Positions 29,023 through 38,318 of a stretch of DNA of 64,000 bases are shown here, piece after piece. Under the pieces are notes generated by a model that was given only the letters and a program-made list of their open reading frames with translations, did not search any database and had not been told where the DNA came from. This stretch comes from Candidatus Kaiserbacteria bacterium (GTDB lineage Bacteria; Patescibacteriota; Minisyncoccia; Phycocordibacterales; UBA2100): assembly GCA_016217965.1 (NCBI GenBank), contig JACRFI010000015.1, positions 16,366 through 80,365 on the forward strand, in the 5' to 3' direction. Position numbers and translations under genes: made by a program. Every line of letters begins with the position of its first letter. Within the stretch, counting starts at the first letter, position 1.

Positions 29023-29755
29023 GACGGCGTTCTCTTTAGAAACGAGCGGCTATACGGGCCCACTGGACGCGCTGTTGACGCTCATCGAAGACAGAAAGCT
29101 CTCGATATCGGAAGTCTCGCTTGCTGAAGTAACTGACGCGTACCTTTCGTATGTGGAAAGCCTTCCCCAGCTCCCTTTGGGCGAGACGGCTCAATTCATT
29201 CTCATTGCGTCCACGCTTCTACTCATAAAATCTCGCACCCTTCTTCCTAGCGTTGACCTAACGGAAGAGGAGACTCAAAGCATAGAAGAGCTCGAACGCC
29301 GCCTCGCACGGTATGCGCTTATAAGAAAGTGTGCAAAAGTGCTGCGCAACAAGTGGGGCAGTGCGCCGCTTCGATTTCCGAAGCGCCAACCGTCTCCCGA
29401 ATACGCGGCAGGCAGGGAGGCGTCATTCAATCCTGGGGAAACGACGCTTGCTCTACTGTTGCGTGCTGCACAATCACTCCTCAGCACTCTGCCAAAGCCG
29501 GAGAAGCTTGCAGAGGCGACAGTCGCACCGGTATTGAAACTTGAAGAAGTTATCAGCAATCTCCGCACCAGGCTTGCCTCATCGATACGCACCAAATGGA
29601 GCGAACTAACTAATACATCTGGTAAGTACGAGATGATAGTCCATTTTCTTGCAATATTGGAACTGGTTCGAAGTGGCTCTGTTAGTGCCACACAAGAGAA
29701 ACTTTTCAGTGATATCCTATTGGAAACAGAGGCCCTGGGGGCACCACGTTACTAA
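29021..29755 (+). CDS. scpA: Segregation/condensation protein A
   Basis: YTGPLDALLTLI, FILIASTLLLIKSRTLLP and FLAILELV. Confidence 0.93.
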   Translation: MTAFSLETSGYTGPLDALLTLIEDRKLSISEVSLAEVTDAYLSYVESLPQLPLGETAQFILIASTLLLIKSRTLLPSVDLTEEETQSIEELERRLARYALIRKCAKVLRNKWGSAPLRFPKRQPSPEYAAGREASFNPGETTLALLLRAAQSLLSTLPKPEKLAEATVAPVLKLEEVISNLRTRLASSIRTKWSELTNTSGKYEMIVHFLAILELVRSGSVSATQEKLFSDILLETEALGAPRY

Positions 29756-29836
29756 TTACCAAGATACAAGATACAATAACCAAACAAAATACAAAGAATT
29801 CCTCGTTTGTGTGCTGTTTCTTGGTGATTGGTTATT
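29754..29836. repeat. Heptamer-periodic imperfect inverted repeat (AATAACC/AAGATAC family)
   Basis: AATTACC AAGATAC AAGATAC AATAACC AAACAA ... TTCTTGGTGATTGGTTATT. Confidence 0.7.
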
Positions 29837-30415
29837 ATGAACCCACTTGATCTCGCGTCAAAAATACAAGCGCTTCTTTTTGCCGAAGGGGACTCCTTGG
29901 CTATTAAAAAAATTGCGCAGCTGCTCGAGTCCGAACTGCCGGCTGTAGAAGCCGCTTTGATGGAACTTTCGGAGCGCTTGAAAGGCGGACCTCTCGCGCT
30001 CATTCTGACGGATAAGGAAGCGGCGCTCGCAGTATCTTCGGATGCCAAGGATACCGTTTCTTCTGCGAGAGCAAAACTTGAGGAGCGCGAAATAGGCGAC
30101 GCTGGGCTCGAGGTTTTGACGATATTGCTATACGAAGGCCCCTCGACTCGCGCCGATATTGATTACATAAGGGGGGTAAATTCTTCTTCTACGCTGCGTA
30201 CGCTTCTCCTGCGCGGCCTTGTTGAACGCAGCGGCAACCCTGAGGACGGCAGAGAATACATCTACCGCCCGACAGTCGAGCTCCTCGCTCACCTTGGAAG
30301 CCCGTCTCAGAAAGATTTGCCAGAGTATGATACAATCGCGCGCGAACTCTCAGCATTCAAGGCATCGAACGATGTCTTTAAAGAGAACAACAATGGAACC
30401 GGAGAAGGAATTTGA
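29837..30415 (+). CDS. scpB: Segregation/condensation protein B
   Basis: IQALLFAEG and LEVLTILLYEGPSTRADIDYIRGVNS. Confidence 0.93.
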   Translation: MNPLDLASKIQALLFAEGDSLAIKKIAQLLESELPAVEAALMELSERLKGGPLALILTDKEAALAVSSDAKDTVSSARAKLEEREIGDAGLEVLTILLYEGPSTRADIDYIRGVNSSSTLRTLLLRGLVERSGNPEDGREYIYRPTVELLAHLGSPSQKDLPEYDTIARELSAFKASNDVFKENNNGTGEGI

Positions 30416-31343
30416 ACAACGTAAGGTGAAAAGATGGCTTATTGTCGGCACTCTTTCCCTCGCTAGCCTACTGGCGATGGGTGCGTATTCGATGTACTCG
30501 TACGTTGGAGATGCGCGGGGTGTCGAATATGCCGCTGCGGCGAGTTACGACCCGTATGCTTCGCTCTCTCTCGAGGCGAAAAGCGCATATGTTCTCGACC
30601 TCTCAATGAACAGCGTTGCATACGAGAAAAACGCCGATATGCAGCTTCCACTCGCCTCATTGACGAAAGTGCCGCTCGTCCTTGCAGTCAGCGAAGTCCT
30701 GAGTGTTGATGAGTTGGTGCAGGTATCTCGAGGAGCAGTCGAGAGAGGGGAAGGAGGTGGGCTCGGGACAGGGGACACGTGGCGTGTTGGTGATTTGATA
30801 GATTTTACTTTGACAGCATCATCCAATGCCGGCGCAGAGGTTCTGGCTGAATCGGCCGACACGCGCCTCCGCGCGATATACCCGGATGCGCCGATAGGCG
30901 GAGCCGCGGTGTGGCGCATGAACAAACTTGCTGATGAGCTGGGGCTTACCGAGACATATTTTTTGAATCCGAGCGGACTTGATATGAGTGAGACACAACC
31001 CGGGGCTATGGGTTCGGCGCGAGAGTTTAGTGTATTTCTGGCAGGCGCGCTCAAAAAATTGGATCTGTTTGACGGAACTGCACGCACGGACCCATACCTT
31101 GGTCCTCTGAATGGCGATAAAAAAGGCACAGAGAACACGAACGACGCCATTCCGGCGATACCTGGCCTCTTGATCGGGAAAACGGGGTATACGGATCTTG
31201 CAGGAGGGAATCTGGCGATTGTCTTTGAACCTGAAATAGGCAAACGCTATGTTGCGGTAGTTATGGGCTCAAGTTATGAAGGCAGATTTCGTGATATGGA
31301 GGCGTTATTGGAGGCGGTACGGGTGGGTTCCAAGGCTCGCTAG
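30393..31343 (+). CDS. D-alanyl-D-alanine carboxypeptidase (peptidase S11)
   Basis: SxxK (ASLTK), SxN (SSN), NPSGLD, KTG and an N-terminal TM. Confidence 0.92.
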   Translation: MEPEKEFEQRKVKRWLIVGTLSLASLLAMGAYSMYSYVGDARGVEYAAAASYDPYASLSLEAKSAYVLDLSMNSVAYEKNADMQLPLASLTKVPLVLAVSEVLSVDELVQVSRGAVERGEGGGLGTGDTWRVGDLIDFTLTASSNAGAEVLAESADTRLRAIYPDAPIGGAAVWRMNKLADELGLTETYFLNPSGLDMSETQPGAMGSAREFSVFLAGALKKLDLFDGTARTDPYLGPLNGDKKGTENTNDAIPAIPGLLIGKTGYTDLAGGNLAIVFEPEIGKRYVAVVMGSSYEGRFRDMEALLEAVRVGSKAR

Positions 31344-31355
31344 AGGCAGTGTACA

Positions 31356-32432
31356 ATGGCAATGATGCTCTCAGATACAGTGCGTATTTTAGTGCCAGCC
31401 GCTGTAACATTCGTTGTCGGGATGGCGCTGACGCCTATCCTCACTCACTACTTGTACGCGTATAAGGTTTGGAAGAAAACTCCGGGCAAAAATGGATTGG
31501 ATGGCAAAAAGGCTGAGGAATTCAACCGAATCCACGAATTGAATGAAGTCCGCGCGCCTCGAATGGGTGGCATCGTCGTGTGGGGAAGTGTACTTATCAC
31601 GATACTTGGGTTCGCCGCCGCCGCAGTTTTTTTTGACAACCCCATCATAGATAGTCTCGCGTACCTTTCACGCAGCCAAACATGGGTGCCACTTGCGGCG
31701 CTCATTATTGGAGCTGCTGCGGGATTTATTGATGATCTTCTCGTAGTAAAGCCGGGTGGAGAGGGGTTGCAGCTTTCAATCAGGCTTTCCGTCGTTGTCG
31801 CGCTTTCTCTTATTATTGGCACATGGTTCTTTACGAAGCTTGATGTCACGGCTATCAATGTGCCTTTTAGCTCTCCGATTGAACTTGGCTGGCTTATCGT
31901 TCCGTTCTTTGTCGCACTTTCACTGGGACTGTATGCATCCGGTGTCATTGATGGCATAGATGGGCTATCGGGAGGTGTATTCATGTCGGTATTCGCTGGC
32001 TACGCCGTCATTGCTTTCGCGCAGAACCAAATCGACATAGCAGCCTTTACTGCCTCCATTGTCGGCGGCCTTCTTGCCTTCTTGTGGTTCAATATTCCGC
32101 CGGCACGGTTCTATATGAGTGATACAGGCACGATGGCGCTAACATTGTGTCTTGCCGTTATCGTGTTTATGACCGACAGCCTTGGGGAAGGCGTCGGAGT
32201 ATTTGCGCTGCCGGTTATTGGAGCACTTCTTGTTGTGACTGTCGCGTCGAATGTCATTCAAGTTGTATCAAAACGCTTTTTTGGAAGGAAGGTATTCCGC
32301 GTTGCGCCGCTCCACCATCATTTTGAGGCCATAGGCTGGCCCGCGTACAAAGTTGCGATGAGGTATTGGATCCTTTCGATAGTGTTTGCTTTTTTAGGCG
32401 TTATCCTGGCATTGTCGGCGATTGTGCCATGA
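31356..32432 (+). CDS. mraY: Phospho-N-acetylmuramoyl-pentapeptide transferase
   Basis: PRMGG, GFIDD, DGIDGL, FNIPPARFYMSDTG and APLHHHFE; the true start may be 31365. Confidence 0.95.
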   Translation: MAMMLSDTVRILVPAAVTFVVGMALTPILTHYLYAYKVWKKTPGKNGLDGKKAEEFNRIHELNEVRAPRMGGIVVWGSVLITILGFAAAAVFFDNPIIDSLAYLSRSQTWVPLAALIIGAAAGFIDDLLVVKPGGEGLQLSIRLSVVVALSLIIGTWFFTKLDVTAINVPFSSPIELGWLIVPFFVALSLGLYASGVIDGIDGLSGGVFMSVFAGYAVIAFAQNQIDIAAFTASIVGGLLAFLWFNIPPARFYMSDTGTMALTLCLAVIVFMTDSLGEGVGVFALPVIGALLVVTVASNVIQVVSKRFFGRKVFRVAPLHHHFEAIGWPAYKVAMRYWILSIVFAFLGVILALSAIVP

Positions 32433-32441
32433 TTCGCTTCA

Positions 32442-32499
32442 TCGCCGCAGGGTATTTTGACGGAGGAATGGCTCATACCGTCAAAATACCCTGCGGCGA
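32442..32499. repeat. Perfect 22-bp inverted repeat with 14-nt loop
   Basis: TCGCCGCAGGGTATTTTGACGG ... CCGTCAAAATACCCTGCGGCGA; no poly-T tail. Confidence 0.85.
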
Positions 32500-32517
32500 C
32501 TCCGCTATTATTGGAAC

Positions 32518-33615
32518 ATGAAATCCGCAAAAATAGATAAACCGCTAGCAATCACGCTCGCCATATTGGTTGTGGGCGGCATGGGGATTTTTACGTCCGC
32601 TGCATTCGGTCTCCTTGCTCGGGGTGCTTCGCACATATCATCCGTAGTTTTCAATCATCTTGTGCTCGGTGTCGGCATGGGACTCGCCGCTTTTTCCGTC
32701 GCGTATTTCATTGAATATCGGACATGGAGATGGCTGGCACCGTACCTTTTTGGGCTTGCACTTATCGCGACCGCGCTCGTCTTTGTCCCGCACATCGGTT
32801 TTATGCACGCGGGTGGAAGGCGATGGATAGACATTTTCGGGTTCACGTTTCAGCCATCGGAGGCGTTAAAGATAGCGACCGTTCTTATGATGGCGTCATA
32901 CTTTTCTTCGCTAAAGGAAAAAGTCGGATCATGGCATGGGCTTGCAGCTTTTCTTGGCATCATCGCGCTTCCATCCCTTCTTCTCGTTGCGCAACCAGAT
33001 ATTGGCACGCTCGGCGTTATATGCATTTCCGCTCTCGCTGTATATGCGGCGGCTGGTGCACGTCTCCGGGATATTGCCATTATCGCGGTGGTTGGACTAA
33101 TGCTGCTCGCATCTCTCGCATATCTGCGCCCGTACATGCTTGATAGGGTAACGACATTCATTAATCCGGCGCAAAATCCGCATAGTGAAGGCTATCAGAT
33201 AAAGCAGTCACTTATCGCCGTAGGATCAGGCGGACTTTTGGGCCGCGGATTCGGGCAGGGCGTGCAAAAATTCACCTATCTGCCTGAGCCGATGGGGGAT
33301 TCGATATTCGCCGTAGCTGCAGAAGAGCTTGGTTTTTTTGGGGGACTCACGATAATAGGGCTTTTTCTGATTCTCGCGCTACGGGGCATGAATGTTGCAA
33401 CGCATTCACCGGACCTTTTTGGAGCGCTAGCTGCCGTAGGGATTTCAACTTATTTTGTCGGTGAGGCATTCATAAATATCGCCTCTATGCTTGGGATAGC
33501 GCCTCTCACGGGCATTCCGCTGACGTTCATAAGCCAGGGCGGAAGCGCGATGCTCATCTCACTTGGGACCGCCGGGATACTTCTCAATATTTCGAGAAAT
33601 AGGGCAAAAAAGTAG
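32518..33615 (+). CDS. ftsW: SEDS peptidoglycan glycosyltransferase FtsW
   Basis: RRWI..FQPSE, QPDIGT, YQIKQSLIAVGSGG and GIPLTFISQGGS; lies between mraY and murG. Confidence 0.92.
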   Translation: MKSAKIDKPLAITLAILVVGGMGIFTSAAFGLLARGASHISSVVFNHLVLGVGMGLAAFSVAYFIEYRTWRWLAPYLFGLALIATALVFVPHIGFMHAGGRRWIDIFGFTFQPSEALKIATVLMMASYFSSLKEKVGSWHGLAAFLGIIALPSLLLVAQPDIGTLGVICISALAVYAAAGARLRDIAIIAVVGLMLLASLAYLRPYMLDRVTTFINPAQNPHSEGYQIKQSLIAVGSGGLLGRGFGQGVQKFTYLPEPMGDSIFAVAAEELGFFGGLTIIGLFLILALRGMNVATHSPDLFGALAAVGISTYFVGEAFINIASMLGIAPLTGIPLTFISQGGSAMLISLGTAGILLNISRNRAKK

Positions 33616-33640
33616 CTCGCGCCATGGTAAAATCCAACCC

Positions 33641-34783
33641 ATGCGCATAGTGTTCACGGGAGGGGGAAGCGGCGGGCATTTTTACCCCCTTATCGCAGTT
33701 GCTGAACATATAGAGGATATCGTGCACGAGAAGAGGCTCATTTCTCCAGAATTATATTATATTGGCCCACCGCCATTCGATGAAAGTGCGCTATTGGAGC
33801 ACGATATTGAATACAGAGCGAGCCCAGCGGGCAAGATGCGCCAATACCGCAGCATCATGAATATTTTGGACATGTTCAAAACAGGGTGGGGGATAGTGCA
33901 GTCCATTTTCCAACTTTTTTCTATCTACCCAGACATCATTGTCTCTTCCGGCGGATACGCCGCCTTTCCTACGCTGTATGCTGCGCGCATTCTGAAGATC
34001 CCTGTTGTTGCATATGACGCCGATGCGAAACCTGGGCGCGTATCGTTGTGGTCAGCAAAATTTGCACGTTGGATAGCGCTTGCCCATCCGGACGCTGCCA
34101 AAAAATTCTCGCCGAAGCTTCAAGAGCGGACCGCGATCATTGGGCACCCAATTAGGAAAGAGATAGAAGAGCCGTCGGCCGAAGGTGGACATGAATTCTT
34201 GAAGCTCGACGCGGGCGTCCCGACACTTTTTTTTCTGGGCGGCTCGCAGGGTGCCCAGAAAATTAACGAAGTTCTTCTGGATTCACTGAAAGAGCTTGTG
34301 ACCCGGTATAATGTCGTGCATCAAGCGGGAAAGGCGAATCTTCAAGAGGTTCAGGGCATTGCAGGTGTCGTGTTGCGAGATTCGCCACATAAAGAGAGGT
34401 ACAGAGCGTTTGCCCTGCTCAATACGCTGGCGCTCAGAATGACTGCGGGCATTACATCGCTCTGTATAGCGCGCGCTGGAAGCGGCACGATATTCGAGCT
34501 CGCGTCGTGGAAACTACCGTGTATTTTGGTGCCACTCCCCATCGACGTTTCGCATGATCAGACTGAGAACGCATTTACATTCGCCCGTGCTGGAGCGGCA
34601 GTTGTCATTGAGCAGAAGAACCTCTCACCACATGTTCTGATTGCCGAAATAGACCGAATAATGGGCGATGCAGCCTTGCGCGGAAAACTTGGAGAAGCGG
34701 CAAGCAAATTTGCCAGGCGCGATGCGGGAAGAAAATTGGCGACGATTGTGTTAGAGACCGCGCTCGAACATGAGCCAAAGTAA
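33641..34783 (+). CDS. murG: Lipid II GlcNAc transferase MurG
   Basis: TGGGSGGHFYP, GGYAAFP, GGSQGA, ARAG and DQTENA. Confidence 0.95.
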   Translation: MRIVFTGGGSGGHFYPLIAVAEHIEDIVHEKRLISPELYYIGPPPFDESALLEHDIEYRASPAGKMRQYRSIMNILDMFKTGWGIVQSIFQLFSIYPDIIVSSGGYAAFPTLYAARILKIPVVAYDADAKPGRVSLWSAKFARWIALAHPDAAKKFSPKLQERTAIIGHPIRKEIEEPSAEGGHEFLKLDAGVPTLFFLGGSQGAQKINEVLLDSLKELVTRYNVVHQAGKANLQEVQGIAGVVLRDSPHKERYRAFALLNTLALRMTAGITSLCIARAGSGTIFELASWKLPCILVPLPIDVSHDQTENAFTFARAGAAVVIEQKNLSPHVLIAEIDRIMGDAALRGKLGEAASKFARRDAGRKLATIVLETALEHEPK

Positions 34784-34800
34784 TATTCAGATTATTTCGT

Positions 34801-36138
34801 ATGTCCATACGTGTTCGTTTCCCCCCAAGTCCCACTGGCTACTGCCACGTTGGCACTGCACGAATGGCAATAGTGAACTATTTGTTCGCAAAGAAAAATG
34901 GCGGGCAGATAGTATTTCGCAGTGAAGATACGGATAAGGAGCGTAGCAAAAAAGAATTTGAAGCTGACATTATCGAGCAGCTTCACTGGCTGGGGCTCGG
35001 TTGGGATGAGTTTTATCGCCAATCGGAGCGCACGGAGATATATAGAAAGGCAATCCATGACCTGATAGGGGAGGGTAAGGCGTATGTTTCCGAAGAAGAG
35101 AGCAAGAAAGAGCCCGGCAAAATGGCGCAAGTCATTCGCCTAAAGAATCCGGGTCGGACCATCACTTTTACAGATGTCGTACGCGGCGACATTACGTTCG
35201 ACACGACGGAGCTTGGCGATTTCGCGATAGCGCGAGCAGAGGATGACCCGCTGTATCATCTCGCGGTTGTCGTGGACGACGCGGACATGGGCATCACACA
35301 TGTCATTCGCGGCGAAGACCATATTTCTAACACCCCGCGACAAATCCTCATCCAGGAAGCGCTGGGTGCATCGCGGCCCGTCTATGCGCACTACCCGTTG
35401 CATCTTTCAGCTGACCGCTCCAAGCTCTCAAAGCGAAAGGGCGATGTAGCAGTTCGAAGTTACCGCGAGAAAGGATTCCTTTCGCAAGCGCTGCTGAATT
35501 ATCTTGCGGCATTGGGATGGACCCCACCGTCTGGGAAAGAGATACTTTCGCTTACGGAAATGATTGCGGAATTCAAACTTGAAGATCTACACAAAAGCGG
35601 AGCTGTTTTCGATACTGAAAAACTCCGATGGTTCAACAGAGAGTACCTTGTTCAACTGAGCGACGATGAATTTACGCCTATCGCAATGGAATGGCTTAAA
35701 AAATCTCACACACACCTCTCTTGGAATGAATCGATCGCCGCGAAGATCATTCCCAGCCTGCGAGAACGCATATCCGTCTGGAGTGATATCGAGACGCTTG
35801 CCTCCGAGGGTGATCTTGATTATTTCTTTACCGCGCCAACATTGTACGGGAAGTCGATACCGATGAAGAAAATTGATATCGAGACAACTCAGCGGCACTT
35901 ACAGCATATCGTTTCGGTTCTCCAGAATATGCCGGCGCAATTTAGTGCGGAAGAGATAAAGAGCGCACTATGGGATTACGCCACTACAGAGGGCAGGGGA
36001 GCTGTCTTGTGGCCTCTCAGGTACGTACTCAGCGGCAAGGACAAATCGCCCGACCCGTTCTTTATCGCGTCAGTTATTGGTAAGGATGAGGCACTGGAGC
36101 GCGTCAACACTGGTATATCGGCGCTTCTTTCATCATGA
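34801..36138 (+). CDS. gltX: Glutamate--tRNA ligase
   Basis: RFPPSPTGYCHVG, EDTD, THVIRGEDH and KLSKR. Confidence 0.96.
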   Translation: MSIRVRFPPSPTGYCHVGTARMAIVNYLFAKKNGGQIVFRSEDTDKERSKKEFEADIIEQLHWLGLGWDEFYRQSERTEIYRKAIHDLIGEGKAYVSEEESKKEPGKMAQVIRLKNPGRTITFTDVVRGDITFDTTELGDFAIARAEDDPLYHLAVVVDDADMGITHVIRGEDHISNTPRQILIQEALGASRPVYAHYPLHLSADRSKLSKRKGDVAVRSYREKGFLSQALLNYLAALGWTPPSGKEILSLTEMIAEFKLEDLHKSGAVFDTEKLRWFNREYLVQLSDDEFTPIAMEWLKKSHTHLSWNESIAAKIIPSLRERISVWSDIETLASEGDLDYFFTAPTLYGKSIPMKKIDIETTQRHLQHIVSVLQNMPAQFSAEEIKSALWDYATTEGRGAVLWPLRYVLSGKDKSPDPFFIASVIGKDEALERVNTGISALLSS

Positions 36139-37397
36139 TGTTTCGGTACGCTGTATATTTTTTTGCGGTAGCTCTCGCCGTAACCCCATCATTGGTTGTG
36201 TCTCAAACGCCGCAGGAACTGCAAAACCAGATCTCTGTGCATAGCGCGCAAATAGAGGCATTGAACAAAGAGATAGCAGCCTTTGAAAAACAGCTTCAAG
36301 AAGTCGGGGCCAAAAAACAAACCCTCCAGAATACGGTCGCAACACTGGATCTGCAACGTAAGCAGCTTTCTGCAAAAATTAATGTCACGAAGAATAATAT
36401 CGCGACCACTGAACTCGAAATAAAACGCCTGGACGGCTCTATAGGCGACAAGGAAACTGCAATAGAGAAGGACGAGATGGGGCTTGCACAGGCGATACAA
36501 TCGCTTGATCAGGCGGAGACGGGCTCGCTTATCGAACATGTCCTCAATAACGATTCCGTTGCCGAATTTTGGGATGCTGTCGAATCGAACCAGGTATTTC
36601 AGAGTGCGGTCAATGAACACATAGGCTCTCTCCAATTAATAAAGCAAGAGCTTACGGTATCGCGCGACGAGTCTGATAAAAAGCGCGTAGAGTTAGAAAA
36701 ACAGCGTCAGACGCTCGCTTCACAGCAAGGCTCTCTCGATGTGACGAGAAGGGAACAGAACAGCCTGCTTGCACAGACGAAGTCGCAAGAGGCAAATTAT
36801 CAGACGCTCTTGGAAACGAAACGTGCCGCGAAGCAGGCATTCGAACAGGCACTGAATGAACTCGAATCCAAATTGCAGTACACACTGGACCCGTCCCATA
36901 TTCCTTCAGCGGGAAAAGGAATTCTACGCTGGCCACTCGACTCAGTGCATGTCACGCAGTATTTCGGCAACACCGAATTTGCGAGGAGCGGCGCGTACAG
37001 CGGCAAAGGGCATAATGGTGTCGATTTTCGCGCCGCTGTAGGCACTCCCGTTAAAGCGGCGCTTTCTGGAACAGTAATAGGTAGCGGCAACTCTGATTCT
37101 GTAAAGGGGTGCTATTCGTACGGGAGATGGCTCCTCATCAAGCATGGAAATGGTATTTCGACGCTGTATGCGCACCTATCACAAGCGAACGTGTCACAGG
37201 GCCAGCAAGTGACCACAGGGCAGGTCATAGGCTATTCGGGGAACACTGGCTACGCTACAGGCCCACACCTTCACTTCAGCGTCTATGCCTCGGACGCAGT
37301 GCAGGTACGGCAGCTTGGTACCAACACTCCGTGCGGCAAAGCGGTAATACCTGTTTCCGCCCTCGGAGGGTATTTAAATCCGATGGACTATTTGTAG
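36135..37397 (+). CDS. Coiled-coil + M23 peptidoglycan DD-metalloendopeptidase
   Basis: Signal peptide, long coiled coil, HNGVDF, YAHLS and TGPHLHF. Confidence 0.92.
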   Translation: MMFRYAVYFFAVALAVTPSLVVSQTPQELQNQISVHSAQIEALNKEIAAFEKQLQEVGAKKQTLQNTVATLDLQRKQLSAKINVTKNNIATTELEIKRLDGSIGDKETAIEKDEMGLAQAIQSLDQAETGSLIEHVLNNDSVAEFWDAVESNQVFQSAVNEHIGSLQLIKQELTVSRDESDKKRVELEKQRQTLASQQGSLDVTRREQNSLLAQTKSQEANYQTLLETKRAAKQAFEQALNELESKLQYTLDPSHIPSAGKGILRWPLDSVHVTQYFGNTEFARSGAYSGKGHNGVDFRAAVGTPVKAALSGTVIGSGNSDSVKGCYSYGRWLLIKHGNGISTLYAHLSQANVSQGQQVTTGQVIGYSGNTGYATGPHLHFSVYASDAVQVRQLGTNTPCGKAVIPVSALGGYLNPMDYL

Positions 37398-37403
37398 ATC
37401 GCG

Positions 37404-37525
37404 CGAAACTCCCTCTCGGCATAAATTTTTTGCCGTCGCTATCTGGCGCTGCTGCGCCAGCGCTCGGTCTCGGCCCCGTCGGGCCTGCGAAGACGGCAAA
37501 AAACTTACGCCTTCGAAGAGTTTCG
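37404..37525. repeat. Structured palindromic element (86-bp core 37422-37507); inverted copy of 7484-7569
   Basis: 81/86 identity to the reverse complement of 7484-7569; supplies the stop codon of the convergent gene. Confidence 0.9.
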
Positions 37526-38167
37526 TTTTGTCTGAGGCTGATTGAGCCATTCAGTAATTTTTATTGCTTTCAATTCCACAATAGACGCTTTTCGCAAATG
37601 TCTTATGGCCGCAGCTGGCGCGATGTCGTAATACTTTGTCTTCGACAATCTTTCCATAAGCCAATCGAGCGATTGCTCGGTCGTTATCCATTTTTCAGGA
37701 GGGAATCGAGAAAGATCGAATGGCGCTGAGTAGCCGCGGAGGGATTTTCTTCCGTCCCACATGTAATATTCGTGGAAATAGGACATCGCGAGTTCGCGAG
37801 GCGTTTTGTAAACCGCGTCACGATATCTGAGGACCGCGTGATTTGTTTTGCTGATTGCTCCCCATAGGCCGCTTTCTTTAAATAGCGCGACTGCGTGATC
37901 TTCGTCATCATACGCTGTCGCGAAATCCATAAGCAGCGGTTTTTTTCCGTGGTACGCCAGCGCTGCGGCAGCAAATACAGCGCCTTCAAAACAATGCGCC
38001 TTCCCTACTTTTAACACCAAAAGAGGGGAGTGGTTGGTTTCTCCGCCTACCTCAAAATTGATCGGTACAGTGTCCAGAAAATTCTGGATCTTTCGTGGGG
38101 AAGAGAGGCGCGAAAATATTTTATGCATGGCCGGAGGCAACGAGGCGCGTACAGAATCCGCGTACAT
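37505..38167 (-). CDS. Transglutaminase/papain-like hypothetical protein
   Basis: AHCFEGA (Cys) and DEDHAVALF (His), WGAISKTNH; perfect TATAAT 6 nt before ATG 38167. Confidence 0.7.
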   Translation of the reverse strand: MYADSVRASLPPAMHKIFSRLSSPRKIQNFLDTVPINFEVGGETNHSPLLVLKVGKAHCFEGAVFAAAALAYHGKKPLLMDFATAYDDEDHAVALFKESGLWGAISKTNHAVLRYRDAVYKTPRELAMSYFHEYYMWDGRKSLRGYSAPFDLSRFPPEKWITTEQSLDWLMERLSKTKYYDIAPAAAIRHLRKASIVELKAIKITEWLNQPQTKRNSSKA

Positions 38168-38234
38168 AGGACAATTATAGCGATTAAAAAAGAGACCGAT
38201 CTGCAAAATGGGCTCTGTGCAGTTTGAGAGGTAT

Positions 38235-38268
38235 ATAACTGAGTATTAGAGATATTATACTCAGTTAT
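38235..38268. other. Candidate dif-like tyrosine-recombinase site (14-6-14)
   Basis: ATAACTGAGTATTA-GAGATA-TTATACTCAGTTAT; arms are 13/14 symmetric; 50 bp upstream of the Xer gene. Confidence 0.7.
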
Positions 38269-38273
38269 CCACA
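38265..38273 (+). promoter_or_regulatory. Perfect DnaA box
   Basis: TTATCCACA overlapping the right arm of the dif-like site. Confidence 0.5.
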
Positions 38274-38318
38274 TTGCACTTCCCTCACCTCTGTCAAATT
38301 GTAGTAGGCTAGAAGCGT

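Noticed and set aside
38265-38273. Replication origin
   Set aside because: Only one perfect DnaA box, no cluster, and no dnaA/dnaN nearby.
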